Below are positions 17,543-27,671 of a DNA stretch of 64,000 nucleotides, piece after piece (position 1 is the stretch's first letter; every line of letters starts with the position of its first letter). A program made the position numbers and the translations under genes. The DNA comes from a virus. Its lineage: Duplodnaviria > Caudoviricetes. The stretch covers positions 32,352 through 96,351 of IMG/VR virus record IMGVR_UViG_3300007151_000001; one strand, given 5' to 3'. The notes beneath the pieces are model-generated. The model did no database searches. It worked only from the letters and a program-made list of their open reading frames with translations, and was not told the origin of the DNA.

Positions 17543-18036
17543 CGGGGACTCTCCGCGGTATACAGGCCGCCCGTCAGATCGTCCAAATGCACCTTGAGGG
17601 CCCAGGCCAGTTGCGTCCAATCCCACGGCGCTCGGTCTTCCAACAGGGCCAAGGGGACATGGCTCTGCAACCGCGGGTAGCGGCGTTGCGCTCCTGCCAT
17701 GCGGCGCGTACGCAAGCGCATGACGTCGCCGCGCATCTGGCCCCGGAGGGGACGCTCCCAATCCTGCGTGAGGCGCATCTCCAGCGAGTGGACGCAGATC
17801 GGCATCGTGAAAGGGTCCCAATGCCCGATCCGAAAATCCCGCAAGGCTTGGCGCGCCGGCGGACGGGGTCGATACTCTCCGGTACGCAGCTGCTGCCAAC
17901 GCACTCCGAGGAAGTCACAGGCCGCGCCCGTGACGTCGTAACTGTCGCTCTGGCGATAGGCCCCGTAGCCGCGCTGCCACCGCCCGGCTTGCAACTCGCC
18001 CAAAAAAGTGCGCCAAAGCGCATAGGCGTTGTCCAT
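17536..18036 (-). CDS. Hypothetical phage protein, paralogue family W..FL..L..GRW
   Basis: ACACAGGAGG RBS; similar to 19606..20124 and 36287..36787. Confidence 0.65.
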   Translation of the reverse strand: MDNAYALWRTFLGELQAGRWQRGYGAYRQSDSYDVTGAACDFLGVRWQQLRTGEYRPRPPARQALRDFRIGHWDPFTMPICVHSLEMRLTQDWERPLRGQMRGDVMRLRTRRMAGAQRRYPRLQSHVPLALLEDRAPWDWTQLAWALKVHLDDLTGGLYTAESPRC

Positions 18037-18111
18037 AGTGCCTCCTGTGTTATGGGGTTCTACGCGCTCAAGCCCGGCTTCCTGCCGGGCTGAGCGTGTA
18101 AATAAGGCGGC

Positions 18112-18750
18112 CTACCGTGAGCGCAACGAGCGCAGTATGCCCTTGGCGGCCATTGCGTTCTCGTAGGCATCGATAAGCTTTGCCTCAGGCCAGGTCTCTG
18201 CACCCTCCGCTTGCAATGTTTGCATCACCGCCGTATGGGCTGCTACATGATGGTCCAGTGTGGCGTCAAAGGGTTCAGGCTGAACCTGCGGGGACGTGAT
18301 ACCCGCGGGTTCGACCGCCACTTCTTGCACTTGGCGTCCCTGGAGATTGTATGCGCCACCCAGATACGTTACGACGTACGCTTCGCCCTCAATCGCAACC
18401 TCATCGCCTACAGTCAGAGACCCTGCGTCTACGACAGACCCTACAATTGATGGCAAGGTAGTGGGTTTAGCTGGGGCCGGGGCTTGTGCTTGCTCGAAAC
18501 GGGCCGCTGAGCCTTCATCCATCAGCGCGACCACCAATTTGGTGTTCCCGTTGCCGTATTCCATCCACTCGACGAGGCAAGCGATCCGGTGCGTGCGGGA
18601 CTCGCCGGATTTCGTAACCACTACAATTTCGCGGCCTGGTGTCCATTCGTCGGCTATGCCGAGATCGGGACCGTAAGCACTTGCGCCCCACTCTTCCCAA
18701 CTGCTCAAGTTGTCGGATTCGATGCGGCGGTAACTGAACTGGATGCTCAT
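18112..18750 (-). CDS. Hypothetical early protein
   Basis: First gene behind the promoter at 18783; ACACAGGAG RBS. Confidence 0.7.
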   Translation of the reverse strand: MSIQFSYRRIESDNLSSWEEWGASAYGPDLGIADEWTPGREIVVVTKSGESRTHRIACLVEWMEYGNGNTKLVVALMDEGSAARFEQAQAPAPAKPTTLPSIVGSVVDAGSLTVGDEVAIEGEAYVVTYLGGAYNLQGRQVQEVAVEPAGITSPQVQPEPFDATLDHHVAAHTAVMQTLQAEGAETWPEAKLIDAYENAMAAKGILRSLRSR

Positions 18751-18782
18751 GAGTAACTCCTGTGTGTGCGACTATACTCTTA

Positions 18783-18811
18783 ATATTACCACAAGACGAG
18801 TTGAATTGTAA
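18783..18811 (-). promoter_or_regulatory. Repeated phage promoter, copy 2
   Basis: TTACAA-17 nt-TAATAT with TGTGG extension. Confidence 0.65.
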
Positions 18812-18851
18812 GGGGAAATCCGCCCCAATCGTGAAATTGGTTCGACCAATT

Positions 18852-19367
18852 TCATTCCACGGCGATTTCCGTCAGGATCTCGAACCGCCACGGGCGACGG
18901 GCCTTGACAATCCGGATCAGGCCCCGGCTCTCCAGCCAATGCAAGTGTTCGCTGAGTTGTCGTTCCCCGGCGGGGATCTCGGTCATCAGGCGTTCGATAG
19001 GACCCATGACTCTCCCTGTACCTGCATCTGCCCGACAGAGATAGGCCCAGATGCGTCTGCGTATGCTAGGCCACAGCAACCGGATCTCTTCCGCCAGCGT
19101 CAAATCCCGCGGCGAGATGCGTATCCAATACCCTGTACTCTGGTTCCGCTTTCGGGGGAATTTCCGCACGCAGCCCAAGGCCACCAACCGTTGGACGTAT
19201 TTGTATGTGTTGCTCGGGGAATAGCCTACCGCGCCCGCTATCTGTCTTGCCGTCAGCCACACCACCTGATCGCCGGCGGCGGTACAGACCGTATCGAGGT
19301 GGCGCCATACGGCGATGCTGGCGGGACACAAGCGCGGCCCGATGGCGGGTACGAGTTTCTCGGGCAT
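18852..19367 (-). CDS. Tandem winged-HTH protein (paralogue family)
   Basis: TARQIAGAVGYSPSNTYKYVQRL...G.V HTH and a second LSEHLHWLESRGLI wHTH. Confidence 0.6.
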   Translation of the reverse strand: MPEKLVPAIGPRLCPASIAVWRHLDTVCTAAGDQVVWLTARQIAGAVGYSPSNTYKYVQRLVALGCVRKFPRKRNQSTGYWIRISPRDLTLAEEIRLLWPSIRRRIWAYLCRADAGTGRVMGPIERLMTEIPAGERQLSEHLHWLESRGLIRIVKARRPWRFEILTEIAVE

Positions 19368-19605
19368 CACAGAAACATCTCGGGATTGACCGCTTGGAGC
19401 AGACGGCGGTACATCGTGCCCACGGCCCCATGACTTTCGCACACGGCAGACACCCACGCTTCCGGCCAGTCCTGGGTCATATTGCGCACACCCCAGGCGC
19501 CGGAACGAAACTGGAACACGGTGCCCACTTCCGTGAAGGGACCGGCGGAGTCCAGCGTCAGTTGCACGCTGAACTCCACCCATTCCATCTGCGTCGCCTC
19601 CAGGG

Positions 19606-20124
19606 CTAGACAGAGCACGGTCTCTCCCAACTGCAGGCGTCTCCGTATGCGCCGCCGGTAGACCAGTCCAACTGGGACTCGATAGCCCAAGCCATGCCGT
19701 CCCAAGACCAGGACGACTCGTCATGCAGCCACTCCAGGGTCAACGCCCCCGTATCCGCATACAGTCGCTCCAGATCTGCAGACAGCATGCCGTCCTGCAG
19801 TTCCACAGGAGCCCTGTAGGCCCCCTCTTCGAGGGCCGCCTTTTCGATTTGATCCCAGACGTCGCGGTACACGTCGCCAAACGTGAGCCCCAACTTCGCC
19901 TGATCCTTCGGGCGATAGTGGAAGTAGGGTGCGCCGCCGCCCAACTCGCCTTGATACTGCCACTTCACGCCGGCGAAATCCGCCATCGCACCGACAGAGC
20001 AAAACTGCCCTGCACAACGCAAATAGTGGTCGCCCCATTCCCAGCGGCCCATGCGCAGCGCTGCCAGGAAGTCCTGCCACGTCCGCACCTCGGCGGGCGT
20101 GAGCTCCAGTTGCTTCGTCTCCAT
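19606..20124 (-). CDS. Hypothetical phage protein, paralogue family W..FL..L..GRW
   Basis: ACACAGGAG RBS; similar to 17536..18036. Confidence 0.65.
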   Translation of the reverse strand: METKQLELTPAEVRTWQDFLAALRMGRWEWGDHYLRCAGQFCSVGAMADFAGVKWQYQGELGGGAPYFHYRPKDQAKLGLTFGDVYRDVWDQIEKAALEEGAYRAPVELQDGMLSADLERLYADTGALTLEWLHDESSWSWDGMAWAIESQLDWSTGGAYGDACSWERPCSV

Positions 20125-20199
20125 ATGCCTCTCCTGTGTAGGGTCGTATACGCGCCGAAACCCGGCCTCCTGCCGGGCACGGCGGATCTTGCGTGCGTG

Positions 20200-20685
20200 T
20201 TACCAAGGAATTTCCGGATCGTAGCCTATCGCCAGCGCATCTTCCAGCAGTTGCGGGCTGCCCCGGAAATCCCGAATCCAGACGGCCAATCCCTCCGGCG
20301 GCAACGGATACGGCGTCTCGAGACGCTCGAAACGCCATTGCTGGGGCCAGTCCGTCGTCAGCATGCGCACGTGGCCTATCGTCACGGTATCGTCCGGCCA
20401 GATCAAATCCAGACGATACCGCTGGTCCCCTAGGTCTACCAGGGCTACCTCACGCCGGGGCGCCGGTTCTACGGCCCAGGTCTGCCGGGTCCCGCCGAGC
20501 GCCGGTTGCTCTACGCCGACCAACTTCATGATCGTCGCTATCGCCATCGCCTCCGTGGGAAAGGTGACGACAACCTCGCGGCCAGGTCCCCAGGCCCGCA
20601 ATTCGTCCGGGTGCGGAATAGACGCCGTGGCCGTGCGTCCTACACCGCTTTGCGTCCCGGGCCGGAAAATCAAATCTTGCTGCAT
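20200..20685 (-). CDS. Hypothetical early protein
   Basis: ACAGGAG RBS; shares W.PGRE.VV with 18112..18750. Confidence 0.6.
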   Translation of the reverse strand: MQQDLIFRPGTQSGVGRTATASIPHPDELRAWGPGREVVVTFPTEAMAIATIMKLVGVEQPALGGTRQTWAVEPAPRREVALVDLGDQRYRLDLIWPDDTVTIGHVRMLTTDWPQQWRFERLETPYPLPPEGLAVWIRDFRGSPQLLEDALAIGYDPEIPW

Positions 20686-20761
20686 ATCGTGTCTCCTGTG
20701 TCGAGTCTTCTACGCGCCTAAGCCCCGGTTCCTCCGGGGCTAGGCGCATGCAACGTGAAGG

Positions 20762-21148
20762 TTACGCCGCCTGGAGGCGGGCGAGGGTGGCCTTGCATGC
20801 ATTGATGGTGTCTTGGATGCCGCTCATGGCTCGCGTTTCCTTTTTGGTGTACGGGTACGTGTACCCGTCCAACCGCGCTTGCGCCGCGGCCATGTCTTGG
20901 CGGGCTTGCTGCATCTGCAGATCCCGGATTTGCAGCTTCCCGGCTTCGACGCCCAGCCGGCTCGCCAGCGCGCTGTTCGCTTCGATCTGGGCTTCGACCG
21001 TGGCGGCCAGCGCATCGTTGCCCAGGTTCCGTAGGGCGGCTCGCAGACTCTGGTTCGTCGCGTGCAGGGAAGCAGCGGCTTCGCGCAGGGCAGGGGCGGC
21101 GTGGTCGATGTGGGTGGCGGCGGCGGGAGAGAGTTGGACCTTTTCCAT
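20762..21148 (-). CDS. Coiled-coil hypothetical protein
   Basis: ACAGGAGG RBS; Ala/Gln/Leu-rich helices. Confidence 0.6.
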   Translation of the reverse strand: MEKVQLSPAAATHIDHAAPALREAAASLHATNQSLRAALRNLGNDALAATVEAQIEANSALASRLGVEAGKLQIRDLQMQQARQDMAAAQARLDGYTYPYTKKETRAMSGIQDTINACKATLARLQAA

Positions 21149-21220
21149 GATTTCCTCCTGTGGGGTTCGGATACCCGAAAAGCCCGCTCTCCTAGCGGGC
21201 CGTTTCGGGGTAGGCCGAGA

Positions 21221-21538
21221 CTATTTGAGGCGGCGTTGTTCGTCGATCCGCATCTGGATTTCGGAGATCAGGCCGTCCCGTTCGTCTGCCGGCGCCGCGT
21301 CGTGCTGCGCCCACAGGCCCTTGATCTCCGTGCCGAGTTCCGCATGGCGGGCGGTTTCCCAAGCCCGGATTTCCGCCTTCAGGTTGCGAACCGTCGCGGC
21401 CTGCCCAGACAGGGCCGACTCGAGCGCCGCCTTCTGGGTCAGACTGGCATGAGGCAGGCTTGCCTCCATCATCGCCGATACGTCGGCGACGGCTTCGATC
21501 ATCTTCGTCAGGGCTAGGGGCAACAAGGTCTGGCTCAT
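21221..21538 (-). CDS. Coiled-coil hypothetical early protein
   Basis: First gene behind the promoter at 21572. Confidence 0.65.
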   Translation of the reverse strand: MSQTLLPLALTKMIEAVADVSAMMEASLPHASLTQKAALESALSGQAATVRNLKAEIRAWETARHAELGTEIKGLWAQHDAAPADERDGLISEIQMRIDEQRRLK

Positions 21539-21571
21539 GTGATTACTCCTGTGTGTGTTTCTATGCTTCCC

Positions 21572-21600
21572 ATATTACCACAACGCGAAATGGACTGCAA
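21572..21600 (-). promoter_or_regulatory. Repeated phage promoter, copy 3
   Basis: TTGCAG-17 nt-TAATAT; about 60 nt near-identical to the 37143 copy. Confidence 0.75.
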
Positions 21601-21657
21601 GGGGAAATTGCAGATTGGTCTCCGATTGGTCCTAGGGCGATAGCCTATAATAAGAGC

Positions 21658-22971
21658 ATGTCGCCTCAATCTCCGTTCCGTCTCTTCAATCCCGTCGGCG
21701 CCGCCGGCGGCCAGAAACTCGTCTCCCAGGGCTGGGGGACGCATCCCGAGTGGTACAAGACTTGGGGCATCAAGGGGCACAACGGCATCGATTTGGCCGT
21801 GCCCGTCGGTACGCCCGTGCGCTGTGCCGGGGCCACCGAGGGCAAGGTGGTCGTCTCCAAGCAGCATACGGACCATCTCAAGGAAAACCGCGCCCCGTTG
21901 GGCACGCACATCATCATCGAGCATGAGCCGTGCGAGGATTTTCCCGGCGGCTATCAGACGCTCTACGCCCATCTCAATCTGCAGGACGTCTTCGCCGGCA
22001 ATCGGGTCAGTCCAGGACAGCACATCGGAACCAGCGGCAACACGGGAAACAGCACGGGGCCACATCTGCATTTCGGGCTACGTCCCTTGCCCTACGATCA
22101 CGACGACGGCTGGCTCGGCTTCGTAGACCCGCAGTCTTGGATTTCGTGGGACCATGACCCGTTCCCCGCCTACGTCTCGCGCTACAACCCCTATCGCAAA
22201 GTGCAAGGGCTGCCGGAACTCGAGCCGGAAGAACCCGTCACGAAATACGGGCCCGGCGAATACGGGAAACTCAGCGCCTCCCAAGCAGAACGCGATCGCA
22301 CCCAAGTCGCTCTCCCCGTGCAGACGGAAACGCCGAACCCCGAACCCGAACCGGCGCCCGCCTCGAAACTCAAGCAGATCACGGACCGTCTCGAAGCCCA
22401 AGACGACGACGGCGAGGGCACGGTCATCGTCAAGCGTGTGGTCGGGGGCATCGGCAAAGCCGGGGCCCGCGGGTCCGTGTGGCTGGCTGTGATGCACGCC
22501 GTAATCCAGATCTGGACCGGCGGGGAAACCGGTTTGTGGAAAGCCGTGCAGACGGTATTGGCCGTGACGGGGACCGCCGCGACCTTGGCGGCAACGCCCG
22601 TTGCCACAGTGCCGGCACCAGCGCCTATCCCTGTACCGCCCGCAATCCAAATCGTAGAGCCCACCGCTACCCCCATCCCGACGCCTATCGTGGTCCAGAC
22701 CCTACCGACGCCCATCGTCCCTACCCCTGTCACGCACAACGCCGAATGCCGGCATACAGCCCTCGGCAACTTTTGGATACGCCCCGAACCGCGTACCGAC
22801 AGCTTCTATCCGGATCGTCGCGCCACGCAGCCCGGCGAAACCTATTGCCTCGTCCGCCGCATTGACCGCGACGACGGCCCGTGGGTGCAGCTGGAAGGGT
22901 TGGGCTGGGTACGCCTCACCGATGGGGCGCAACGCAGTTTCGATTTGCCCGCCGCCTTGCCGGCGGGATAA
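21658..22971 (+). CDS. M23 family peptidase (endolysin-like) with hydrophobic segment, Pro/Thr linker and SH3-like C-terminus
   Basis: HNGIDLA, YAHL and STGPHLHF M23 motifs; TATAAT at 21646-21651 lies 6 nt before the ATG (leaderless). Confidence 0.85.
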   Translation: MSPQSPFRLFNPVGAAGGQKLVSQGWGTHPEWYKTWGIKGHNGIDLAVPVGTPVRCAGATEGKVVVSKQHTDHLKENRAPLGTHIIIEHEPCEDFPGGYQTLYAHLNLQDVFAGNRVSPGQHIGTSGNTGNSTGPHLHFGLRPLPYDHDDGWLGFVDPQSWISWDHDPFPAYVSRYNPYRKVQGLPELEPEEPVTKYGPGEYGKLSASQAERDRTQVALPVQTETPNPEPEPAPASKLKQITDRLEAQDDDGEGTVIVKRVVGGIGKAGARGSVWLAVMHAVIQIWTGGETGLWKAVQTVLAVTGTAATLAATPVATVPAPAPIPVPPAIQIVEPTATPIPTPIVVQTLPTPIVPTPVTHNAECRHTALGNFWIRPEPRTDSFYPDRRATQPGETYCLVRRIDRDDGPWVQLEGLGWVRLTDGAQRSFDLPAALPAG

Positions 22972-22986
22972 CCGCAGGCGTCAGTC

Positions 22987-24093
22987 TCACCAACCCGTAG
23001 ACACGAAGTTGTCCGGTTTCGTCGCGGGATCGTCTACGCGGGACATTTCGTCGAGCAAAATCTCGCCGTCGTATAAGCGGATCCGCACGGCCACGTATCC
23101 CGCCTGCATTTCGACCATCTGCGCACAGCGGCGAAACTCGTTCCAGGCACGCGTTTCGTCGTCGGTGCGCAACCACGGAGAGACCCGGCCCGGCGGCGTC
23201 GCTTGAAAGTCTGCCTCAACTACGATCCGAAAGCGGTCCTTGCGCGGCCCTAGGCGCTCATCCGGCCTCCCCAGCAACGCGGCGACAGCATGCTTCACCG
23301 TCTCCCGCGTCAGGCGCCGCGGCGTGAAATACGCTTCGTGCTCCCGACGTCCCCAGTTCGAATTGCGGAACAGAAACGTACCCGCCGGGATCGGGCGGGG
23401 ATACGCGACGTTGTCCACGATCTCGGCCTCCCTGAACTCGGCCACCGCCGAGACGGGGCAAATACCCACGATGCGGTCCAAGATCCCCGGCGGCTTATCC
23501 TGCGCGCGCTTGACGGCTACGCTGTCGACTGCCGCATAGAATCCCTGGTAGTCCAGCAGGCTTGCGCCGACAAAGCCCGGAATCGTGACGTCCATATCCG
23601 CGTAGAAGTCCTGGCCGCCGGGCAACGGCGGCAAATCCAAGATCGTAGTCGCAATGCGCCGCCAGATGTCGTGGGGCACATCGGGCACGTCGAGGCGAGA
23701 CTGCGCCATCCCGTCGGCGCGGCAGAGAGCCGCATGCAGGCTCGGCGTAGCGCGAAAGCGCCCGGCGACCAAATTCGTGCGCGTCGCCATGCGCGGATAC
23801 CCCGCATGGACCAGCGGCGACATGCCCCACGGTGCACGCGCCTCGAAGCACCACGCAAAGATCCACCGCATCAGCAGCTGTACAATCTCTTTGGCCAGGG
23901 CCGGGGCATCGAGATCGCCGGGGTCTGACGCTTGGTCGAATACGGCTTGCCCGTACACCTCCACGGCGTGCCGTACCGCGGCCAACAAGCGTTGTTCATG
24001 CGCGTGGTCTTGTGCAGACTCTGCGTCCGTCGCCGCCCGGAGCGCGTCCCAATCGGCGGGCGTCCATTGGCTCAGATCGTGGCTAGACGTCAT
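22987..24093 (-). CDS. Truncated fragment resembling the N-terminal part of a type IIG / Eco57I-like DNA methyltransferase
   Basis: SLLDYQGF...GTFLFR....R....AYFTP..LTR..VK.A resembles the segment preceding motif I; no DPA.GSG or NPP motif follows. Confidence 0.5.
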   Translation of the reverse strand: MTSSHDLSQWTPADWDALRAATDAESAQDHAHEQRLLAAVRHAVEVYGQAVFDQASDPGDLDAPALAKEIVQLLMRWIFAWCFEARAPWGMSPLVHAGYPRMATRTNLVAGRFRATPSLHAALCRADGMAQSRLDVPDVPHDIWRRIATTILDLPPLPGGQDFYADMDVTIPGFVGASLLDYQGFYAAVDSVAVKRAQDKPPGILDRIVGICPVSAVAEFREAEIVDNVAYPRPIPAGTFLFRNSNWGRREHEAYFTPRRLTRETVKHAVAALLGRPDERLGPRKDRFRIVVEADFQATPPGRVSPWLRTDDETRAWNEFRRCAQMVEMQAGYVAVRIRLYDGEILLDEMSRVDDPATKPDNFVSTGW

Positions 24094-25009
24094 CGGGGGA
24101 CCGTGCCCCATCGCCCGGCCTCCATTTCTTGCAAGAGCGGGTCTTTCGACCAGGCGGCTTGGACCACGCGCTGCAGGCGTTCCCGTCGCCGCGGGCACCA
24201 CGGCATATAGTATCGCTCCGTAGTCTTGATGCTGTGATGGCCGAGCAGCATGGAGACGTCTTCCATCGACGTACCTGCTTGCAACAACTCCACGGCGAAA
24301 GTATCCCGAAATCGATGACTATGCCCGTCGGAAATGCCGGCCTTGCGAAATATCGTCTTCAGCCGATCTTGCCATAAGCCCGAAATGCTGCGGCGCATGC
24401 CCTTGCCCGACCAAAAATAATAGCGGGCCGAGGTCGGCGGAAACGCCGCCAAGGCCGTCATTACTTGCGGGGCCACGGGCATCATGACTCCAACCCCCGT
24501 CTTGGTGCGCCGGACCGTCAACGTCCCGTCCACGATGGCGCCGTGCACGGGAAGCGTACACGCATCCCCTACGGCCAAGCCCGTGGTGCGCATCAGCAGG
24601 CACAAGGCATAGTCACGGGGCGAAGTCTGCCGGGCCACGTCCAAGATGCGCTCGATCTGGGGGGGGGAAACGCCCGCGTGGGGCGTTGTTGGAATTTGGG
24701 CGAGCGCAATCCCGCCGCCGGGTCGCGAGGCAGTTTGCCCATCTCGACGCAGAAGCGAAAGAACCGCTTGACCTGCCCTAGCATGATGCCTTGGGTACTC
24801 GCTGCTTGATGCAATTGATTGCGCCAGGCGCGTACCATCTCGACCTCGCAATCGGCCAAGCGGGTAATCCCTTGGGCGGCGGCATACTGGCGGAACGGCT
24901 CCAGCGTACAGCGATACCGCGTCACCGTGTCCGCGCACAGATTACGGCCCCGCAGATCCTCGTAGAAAATCTCTATCGCAGCCTCGAGCGTAACGTCAGT
25001 CGAACTCAT
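24090..25009 (-). pseudogene. Tyrosine recombinase / integrase split by a frameshift at a C9 tract
   Basis: The core-binding N-domain (24593..25009) and the catalytic domain (HSHRFRDTFA, LGH.S..TTERYY) are in different frames that meet at G9 24659-24667. Confidence 0.8.
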
Positions 25010-25350
25010 AGCGACGGAACCCCCGCAATTGCCTTACCTGCACCCAGCCCGCCGCCAGCGCATAGGGACTGAAGGGGAGGCCCCAGACCCAGCACCAAGC
25101 CGTTTCCCGTTCACCCGTGGTCACCTCGCTGACGTGCAACTGCGTCGCCGCGGGTATCGAAGCACACTCGTCCGCTGCAGCGTGCGCTTCCCGGCGCAAC
25201 GTTACCGCCGTCGCCGTGTCCGCGTACCAAATCTGATTGGACCCTTTCAAGCCCGCGCGAATTTCCGTCCAATCGGCGGTTTCGTAATCCATGTCCTGTG
25301 CCTCTACCGCGGGGCCGACGCAGGTTGGATGGATGCGGCGAATTCCTGCA

Positions 25351-25593
25351 TCACCGTATACGGGGCGAGCATCCCCTCCACATACACTTCCGTTGATCAT
25401 CGATATCTCGGAGTTCTTGCTCAATCAACGCCGGCTGCGTCAGCCGCTCCAAGGCCATATCCACCCGCAGCCGCATGAGATCGTATCGGGCATTGACCAA
25501 ACGGCGCGTACCGAAAGGGCATTCGGCATAGAATTCCCGGAGCCAGTCGTCGGCGCTGAAATCCGCACCTACCTCACCTACCTCTTCGCGCAT
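25351..25593 (-). CDS. Small hypothetical protein
   Basis: ACAGGAGG RBS. Confidence 0.45.
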   Translation of the reverse strand: MREEVGEVGADFSADDWLREFYAECPFGTRRLVNARYDLMRLRVDMALERLTQPALIEQELRDIDDQRKCMWRGCSPRIR

Positions 25594-25658
25594 AGGGTTC
25601 CTCCTGTAGGACCCCAGGCCGCCCGTAGGCGGCCTGGGGCATAGATTGGGGCGGGCCG

Positions 25659-25922
25659 CTAGTACAGTCCCACGTCCGCCAGGGTGAAGGGCGAAGCCGT
25701 CCTTTCGGCCTCCGTCTCGTCGCGACCGCAGCCGTACATGCTGGCTCCGCTCGGATCATACAGCGTGGCGCTGTCGAGACAGCCGTCGGCCACGGCATCC
25801 TCGACTTCCCGTTCCACGTCTGGCCAAACCGCTAGGGCTTCGGCCGCCGTGGCGTACTCGCGCGACGTGGTCTCGTACCAGTCGCCATATTGTTGTCGCC
25901 AGACAACGATGCGATAATTCAT
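25659..25922 (-). CDS. Small acidic hypothetical protein
   Basis: AGGAG RBS; preceded by the repeated hairpin. Confidence 0.55.
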   Translation of the reverse strand: MNYRIVVWRQQYGDWYETTSREYATAAEALAVWPDVEREVEDAVADGCLDSATLYDPSGASMYGCGRDETEAERTASPFTLADVGLY

Positions 25923-25997
25923 GGTTGCTCCTATGTGTGTGTCAGACAGCCCAAAAGCCCCGGCTCCTCCGGGGCTTCGGGCACATGTGCGGAACCC

Positions 25998-26276
25998 TTA
26001 GGCGGTCAACCACGCCATGTTCTTCCAGCATCGGGTTTCCGCGTATCGCACCTCGACCGAGGCGACGTGTTCGACGTGTTCACGGCCCCGCAATACATCG
26101 ATCTGGCAATACATGGGCCGCTCGCTGGCGCACACCACCTTGTGGTGCTGCGCTACGAGCGCCTTGACGACGGCTCGCGCCGCTTCTTCCGTTTGGCATT
26201 CCACGGTGTTGTGGAATGTCTGGGTTGCGCTCCAGGCCCTCTGGCTTACAACCCGGCTGCTACTGACTTCGTACAT
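25998..26276 (-). CDS. Small early protein, paralogue of 9320..9586
   Basis: ACACAGGAG RBS; first gene behind the promoter at 26305. Confidence 0.6.
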   Translation of the reverse strand: MYEVSSSRVVSQRAWSATQTFHNTVECQTEEAARAVVKALVAQHHKVVCASERPMYCQIDVLRGREHVEHVASVEVRYAETRCWKNMAWLTA

Positions 26277-26304
26277 GCGAAACTCCTGTGTTGAGTATGC
26301 CTCC

Positions 26305-26333
26305 ATATTACCACAGGTCACGAGGGAACACAA
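26305..26333 (-). promoter_or_regulatory. Repeated phage promoter, copy 4
   Basis: TTGTGT-17 nt-TAATAT with TGTGG extension. Confidence 0.6.
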
Positions 26334-26643
26334 GGGGCAATGACGTAGCCATCTGCGTCTGTGAAGCCGCGGTCCTGCAGATGCGCCAAGAAGTCGTTAG
26401 CGCCGCGGATGTCCGCTGCGGACGCTTCCAGCGCCCAGAGATGCAACACCGGCCGGGTCAACTGCTTGGTGCTCGTATATCCGAAACGATCCCGCATGAA
26501 ATAATGGATCGCCTGCGCCCCCGCCGCAAGATGCGCGAACTCCGTCCCCGTGAGTTTCCGGTCGCGAGCGAGTTGGATCAGGTGAAAACCCCGCGCCACG
26601 TCCAAATCCGTAACTTTCGGCATGTCGTCCCCCATGCGGATTT

Positions 26644-27159
26644 TCATCGCTTACCCCTGCGCTTACACCGCTCCGCTTTGGCCTTCGCGTAGCCCGCCGC
26701 GGCACCATATTTCGCTTTGTATCGACCGTAGAGATTTTTGCATTCTTTGCACTTGCTGGCCAAGCCGCTACTGCGAGATGCATCCCGATGAAAGCAGTCT
26801 GCCGGGTATCTCCGCCGACACCAAGCACAGGGATACAGCCGCCCCGCCCGGATCCGCTCCGTCGGGCTCTGACCCGCAAACGGGGGGTTCTGCCGATTGA
26901 GCCGCATTCGCACGGGCACGGCTTGGAGATGCTCCCATTCCAGGCGGTTCGCTTCGTCCGGGCACTCCGTCTCCGCCAATGTCTCGCACAGCGGCTCTCG
27001 CTCCACTTGCAGGCACGCCTTGAGCAACGGATTTCCAGTGCGAAAATGTTTCCCGCGATGATTGATTAATCGCTCCCTTACCGTCTGGGTCGTCTGCCCG
27101 ATATACGTTTGGCCCGTGGCGAAGCGGATTGCGTAAATGCGATGGCGTGGCCCCGTCAC
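26644..27159 (-). CDS. GIY-YIG nuclease with C-terminal Zn-finger
   Basis: IYAIRF....YIGQT......R...H motif, plus CAWC...F......GL...CKEC. Confidence 0.7.
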   Translation of the reverse strand: MTGPRHRIYAIRFATGQTYIGQTTQTVRERLINHRGKHFRTGNPLLKACLQVEREPLCETLAETECPDEANRLEWEHLQAVPVRMRLNRQNPPFAGQSPTERIRAGRLYPCAWCRRRYPADCFHRDASRSSGLASKCKECKNLYGRYKAKYGAAAGYAKAKAERCKRRGKR

Positions 27160-27671
27160 GTCGCCAACTCCGCGGCCGGATGCGTCAGCCTCACGCCGGC
27201 TCCCTTCGTGTGGGGGATTTTGTGCGGATGGATCTCTGCCAAGCCCCGCGTCCGCAAGCTGTCTACCGCCAACCACACGGTAGACGGCGACAGTCCCAAG
27301 AGACGGCCTAGCGTCGCATAGGACTCCCAGCACACCGACGTTTGGGCCACCAGATACGCATACACTTGTTGCTCACCCGGCGACCAGAAGGCGGCTCGTA
27401 TCCGAGACGCGCGTTGCGTTGCCGTCCAAACGGGTATCGCATAGGTATGTCCGCACGGGTGCCCGTGATGCGGGACGACCACCAACAGGCCGGCTTGCCG
27501 TAAGCGAACGAGTTTGCGGCGTACCACACACGGCGCCGCATGCACGACCCCAGCCAGCTGCTGCGAAGTACGCTGCACCTGCCCGCCGGGTGCAGCCTTG
27601 CACTCGGCCTCGAGATGCTCGAACAGGGCTTGGGCGACGCCCCCTAGCCCTTTGCGGCCCTGCCCGATCAT
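27156..27671 (-). CDS. Tandem winged-HTH protein (paralogue family)
   Basis: Two HTH units joined by WT...RAS..RAAFW. Confidence 0.6.
   Translation of the reverse strand: MIGQGRKGLGGVAQALFEHLEAECKAAPGGQVQRTSQQLAGVVHAAPCVVRRKLVRLRQAGLLVVVPHHGHPCGHTYAIPVWTATQRASRIRAAFWSPGEQQVYAYLVAQTSVCWESYATLGRLLGLSPSTVWLAVDSLRTRGLAEIHPHKIPHTKGAGVRLTHPAAELAT

Noticed and set aside
18061-18100. Intergenic hairpins as integron attC sites
   Set aside because: No RYYYAAC/GTTRRRY core sites were seen, and the recombinase does not look like an integron integrase.
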